NCBI GenBank assembly: GCA_964016885.1
Contig: OZ024754.1
Span: 45,632,001 to 45,696,000, forward strand
DNA length: 64,000 bases
DNA from: Eledone cirrhosa
Lineage: Eukaryota
Direction: 5' to 3'
Positions 59,965-64,000 of the stretch are shown here, piece by piece. The position numbers were made by a program, and so were the translations under genes. The notes beneath the pieces were generated by a model that did not search any database, was not told the DNA's origin, and saw only the letters and a list, made by a program, of their open reading frames with translations. The number at the start of each line of letters is the position of its first letter. Position 1 is the stretch's first letter.

Positions 59965-60744
59965 TGTATATAATTGTGTGTATGTGTGCGTAAAATGATA
60001 TAGATATAGAGAGATAGAGGGTGGTAGAGTAATAGACGTAGATATAGGAGTTACATGGGATATATAAATATCTCGGATGTATATGTGTACTGAGGGAGGG
60101 AGAGATGGATAGGTGTATGTGTGGATGGAAGACAGTTTAAATTATCTACTAAGAAAAATTGTTCACAGCAGAATAGAAACAGAGAAAGAGCGTTTCATTA
60201 TGTTGGTGTACATGGGTCAATTATATGGATTTATAGAAAGTTAAATCGATGACATCTTTGTCACTAGATTTATATTATGTTGTAAATGCTCATAATCTCT
60301 ATTTTATTAAGGTATCAAATGTGTGACCATTTATCTGTTTAATAAAAGCCCAATTAATACTGTATTATGTATAAGTTAAACAGCTTTGACAATCCAATAG
60401 TAATAAACCATTTATTTAGCATATATTGTTGTGGATATGTGGATCAATGCCATAATTCTGGCTATGTATACCAAGCTGACGTATATAACATCCAATATCT
60501 ATGCTATTAGTCAAACTTCAAGAAATAGATGCAAATTCTATTTTAAATCACGCCACAAACATCATTTGAAAGAGGAACAGAAAGGGAAATGTAGCTATTT
60601 TGCATGCGTACGTGGTCCAGTAACTTATTATGGGGTCGTATAAGCGTCTCTACGGTATCTTAAAACCTAGCGGAGCCTATCTCCGCACCAGGTGTGAATA
60701 CAGCAGATTTCTCCCAGAGAATATTGAGTGAGAGAATGGAAATG

Positions 60745-60905
60745 GGAAAGAGATATGGTGAAAGAATCGACCCCAGTGCTAACTAGTACGTTTTTATATC
60801 GACCTGGAATGGATGAAAGGCAAAGTTGACGATGGAGGTATTTGAACTTAGAGAACAGAGAGGCGGGACAAACACCGACTTTCTAGCGATTCTGACAATT
60901 CGCCA
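60745..60905 (-). mobile_element. SINE family A copy
   Basis: ATCGACCCCAGTGC...TATCGACC...GGATGAAAGGCAAAGTTGAC...TTTGAACTTAGA. Confidence 0.7.
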
Positions 60906-61171
60906 TTTTGTCTGCATGCATGTTAATGAACGTCGTGACATCAGTTATGGCAAATCAGAACATTTTACAGACAAGTGTTATTTTACAAAAGTATATACAA
61001 GTAGAGGAACTAAAACATTAGAGGCCATAATCAGTGCCTCTGAGATTGATTGGGTTAAAAGAAGAAAGTGGGAAGCTGTTTTCAGATCATAGACCAATAG
61101 AGAATTTTTCCAACAGCGTTGACTACTAAACATACTTAAGTTACATAATGTATCAACCTATGCTTTGTAGC

Positions 61172-61275
61172 CTAGAATTAAGGCCCTTTACGGTCTGGGT
61201 TCAAATCCAGCCGAAGTTAAGTTTGCCTTTCATCCTCACGGGATCGATAAAATGAAGTACCAGTAATGCACCGGA
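61172..61275 (+). mobile_element. SINE family A copy
   Basis: GGTTCAAATCCAGCCGAAGTTAAGTTTGCCTTTCATCC...GTACCAGTAATGCAC. Confidence 0.8.
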
Positions 61276-62385
61276 CGCCAAGAATTAGAAGCATCACCAT
61301 GAAATATTTCAGACCGGCTGAAAACAGGACTGTGTACCAGCCTGATCAATTATATTATCTTTTCATTTTATAAGTGCATTAGGCATTATATGTATATATA
61401 TATATATATATATAATTACAGGAAACCATTCATTACTTTTGCTATGGTTTCGTTTTTTTTTTTGTTTTTTTTTTTCGGATACCAATGTTCTCAGGTTAAA
61501 ATTTCCTTCTGTCTGGTAAAAAAAATCTATAATCTAATCGAGTATACACACCACACACACCTAGATATAAATCTGCTCGCGTGGTTTTGTATAATTATGA
61601 GAGGGTGAGAGGTAGAGAGAGAGTAAGAGAGTGACTTAATCAGTTTTTGATCTGGACATAGAGACATAAAAAAATAACCTGCTATGCGTACTTGTACACG
61701 GAAAATATCTCTTGTATAGATAATATTGCCACGTTCCTTATTTTTAAGCAGTATAAACTATCATAGCAATCTTTATTATAAATAGCATTAATTATACTGA
61801 CAATCTCATAATTAATCATATAAAAAGCATATAGGGAATGTAGAATAAACGAACAACGAAACACTGAAAATTAAAAATCAAGACAGCTAAGAAAATGTCT
61901 ATACACTAAGAAAAATATTTTTAAACGCTTTTACAATTATGTAGAATTTTTTAGTTTTATTTTCAAATATTTTCATTTATGTTAAGGTTTTTATATATAT
62001 TTATTTTCAATTTTATTCTTTTATATAGTTTTGTTTTGTTTTGTTTGTTTGTTTTGTTTGGGTTTTTTTCCAAATGAAGCCGGATTATTTCCACGTAATG
62101 GTCTACTTAGGCAAAATGGCGCCGAATATTTTACGTTCATTAATGTTTGAGATTACTTTTAACCTTTCCCTCTGAATAATGTTAATGGGTATAAAGACGA
62201 TTACCGCCGTAAGTCTGTATAACTTGTATATATATATATACATATATATATATATACGCGCGCGTCTTTGTGTGGCTGTATGTGTGTATGCATATTCAAG
62301 CATATGTATGTATATGTATTTAAATGTATATGTATATGTGTGCAAATATATCTGTATATGTGGTTATGTATATATTTGTGTATTT

Positions 62386-62417
<32 letters not shown>

Positions 62418-62493
62418 TATATGGGTGGGGAGGGTCTTTGTTATTTAAATTGTGTTACGGTGTTCACTTATTTTTACATGATTATTGTCTTTA

Positions 62494-62656
62494 TTTGTGT
62501 GCAGGAAGTAGAGGTGGCGCCACTAACTTCGGGAGCCGTATATTTACCTTAACAGTGATTATGTTCGTTGTGGTTTGTGTGCTGGAGGTAGAGGGTGCGC
62601 CACTAACACCGGAAGCTGTATGTTTACCTTAACAGTGATTATGCTCGTTGGGGTTT
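62494..62656 (+). repeat. 80-bp tandem duplication, each unit containing a 33-nt exon-like core
   Basis: Units start at 62494 and 62574. Confidence 0.9.
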
Positions 62657-62799
62657 ATGGTGTTGAACTTCTATAGTAGTTGGATGATATAACGTGGAGA
62701 ATTGGTGGAAAGAGGTGATGGACTGCATCAGCAACAAGCAATCGAAGTGTTAATGTGATGAATAAATTATATATATATACACCGCAAGGCAAGGAAACA

Positions 62800-62836
62800 T
62801 TTCGATGTTTTGGTCTCAGGCCATTTATCAAAGAAT
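62800..62836 (-). ncRNA. Heavily decayed minimal hammerhead motif
   Basis: TTGATAA-AT-GG(CCTGAGA)CC-AAAA-CA-TC. All core changes from CTGATGA...CCGAAACGTC are C>T or G>A. Confidence 0.4.
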
Positions 62837-62894
62837 ACATGCCAAAGTTCTAAGTGCTATAGATGAAATATGTCTGCGTTTAAGTGTCATTATA

Positions 62895-63250
62895 GGCGCA
62901 GAGGTTGCCGAGTTGTTATAGCGGCGAATTGATTATATTCCAGTGGTGATTATTGATCTCTACGTTGAAATCCCTCAGAAATCAACTTTGCTGCTTATAA
63001 TTTCGTAATCGATAAAGTAGTTCTCAAAATATTGAGTGATTTATCATCACCATGCTTCGTAGCATAGAGTAACGGCCATTTACGTTCTGAGTTCAAATTC
63101 CACCGAGATAGCTTTGCCTTTCATCCTTACCGGGTCGATAAAATAAAGCACCAGAGCACCAGTAATGCACTGGAGTCGATTTAATCAACTTTCCCTTTTC
63201 CAAAACATTGCTGGCCTTGTGCCTATAGTAGAAATTGTTATTATCATTAT
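62895..63250 (+). mobile_element. Two adjacent SINE family A copies (degenerate, then well preserved)
   Basis: TTTACGTTCTGAGTTCAAATTCCACCGAG...GCCTTTCATCC...GTCGATAAAATAAAG...GGCCTTGTGCCTATAGTAGAAA(TTA)n. Confidence 0.85.
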
Positions 63251-63466
63251 TCGTAAGGCTTATAGGTGTTTGTGTAAGTGTGCCTGTGTGTGTGTATGTG
63301 TGTGTGTGGGCGTGTGTATGTGTGCGTATGTGCGTGTGTGTGCGTGTGTGTAAGAATAATAAGAAGCAGGAACGAAGTATCGATCATTGTTTATAATGAC
63401 GCGCGTTTTGCAATCCAACAGCTCAAGATACGATAACACATCAGATTTATTGAGTATATATATATA

Positions 63467-63501
<35 letters not shown>

Positions 63502-63617
63502 TTAACTATGGAGATATGAAAGATACAGAAGTGAAAACCAATCCAAACCAAACACTGAGTGTATTCTGTTATCGTTTCTGGCAATAGTATTACAACAATA
63601 TGACCCTCCCCAAGTAT

Positions 63618-63681
<64 letters not shown>

Positions 63682-64000
63682 ATGTGTGTGTGTGTGTTTA
63701 AAAAGAGATACATGCATAAACGTAATTATATGCGGGGTTTGTGTATGTGTGTGCGCACGCGTAAAAATTGCGCGCTTCAAAATGTGATTGTTTTCACACG
63801 GTATTCAAACGCCACACCTCCTTGAAATCTTCATACGACTTCTATTTTTCCTGGCGGCCTTAATTGGCTTTTAAAAGGAATCACTATAACACCGAATAAC
63901 TCAATTGACAAGGCCAACAGAATGTTTGTATAAATGTTAAATATTTTTTTTTTCAACAGCTTGAGGTGGACCCATTAAACTGGTAGAGGTTTATAGTATT

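Overview
Eukaryotic, very AT-rich, microsatellite-saturated non-coding DNA with one 200-N scaffold gap (14755-14954). The dominant tRNA-derived SINE families match what I recall of octopus repeats, so an octopus intron or intergenic region is likely (inference, not verified). No host protein-coding gene is supported: most long ORFs in the track are translated (TA)n, (TG)n or (CA)n repeats. What can be supported: three kilobase-scale interrupted (TA)n arrays; about 25 SINE copies or fragments of two main families; decayed coding fragments of RTE-clade, Dong/R4-like and CRE-like non-LTR retrotransposons; a hAT MITE with an 8-bp TSD; and three copies of a short non-autonomous RTE-like element. 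The most interesting signal is a set of self-cleaving-ribozyme folds. Two are type I hammerhead folds with unusually long stem II (44040-44123 and 55048-55121), the second closing a hairpin-dense, TATA-led island. Several decayed minimal hammerheads and an HDV-like remnant (3866-3910) also occur. Candidate + strand splice features (a recursive AG|GT site and 21- and 33-nt microexons) are weaker. All folds and alignments were done by eye, and repeat boundaries are approximate.
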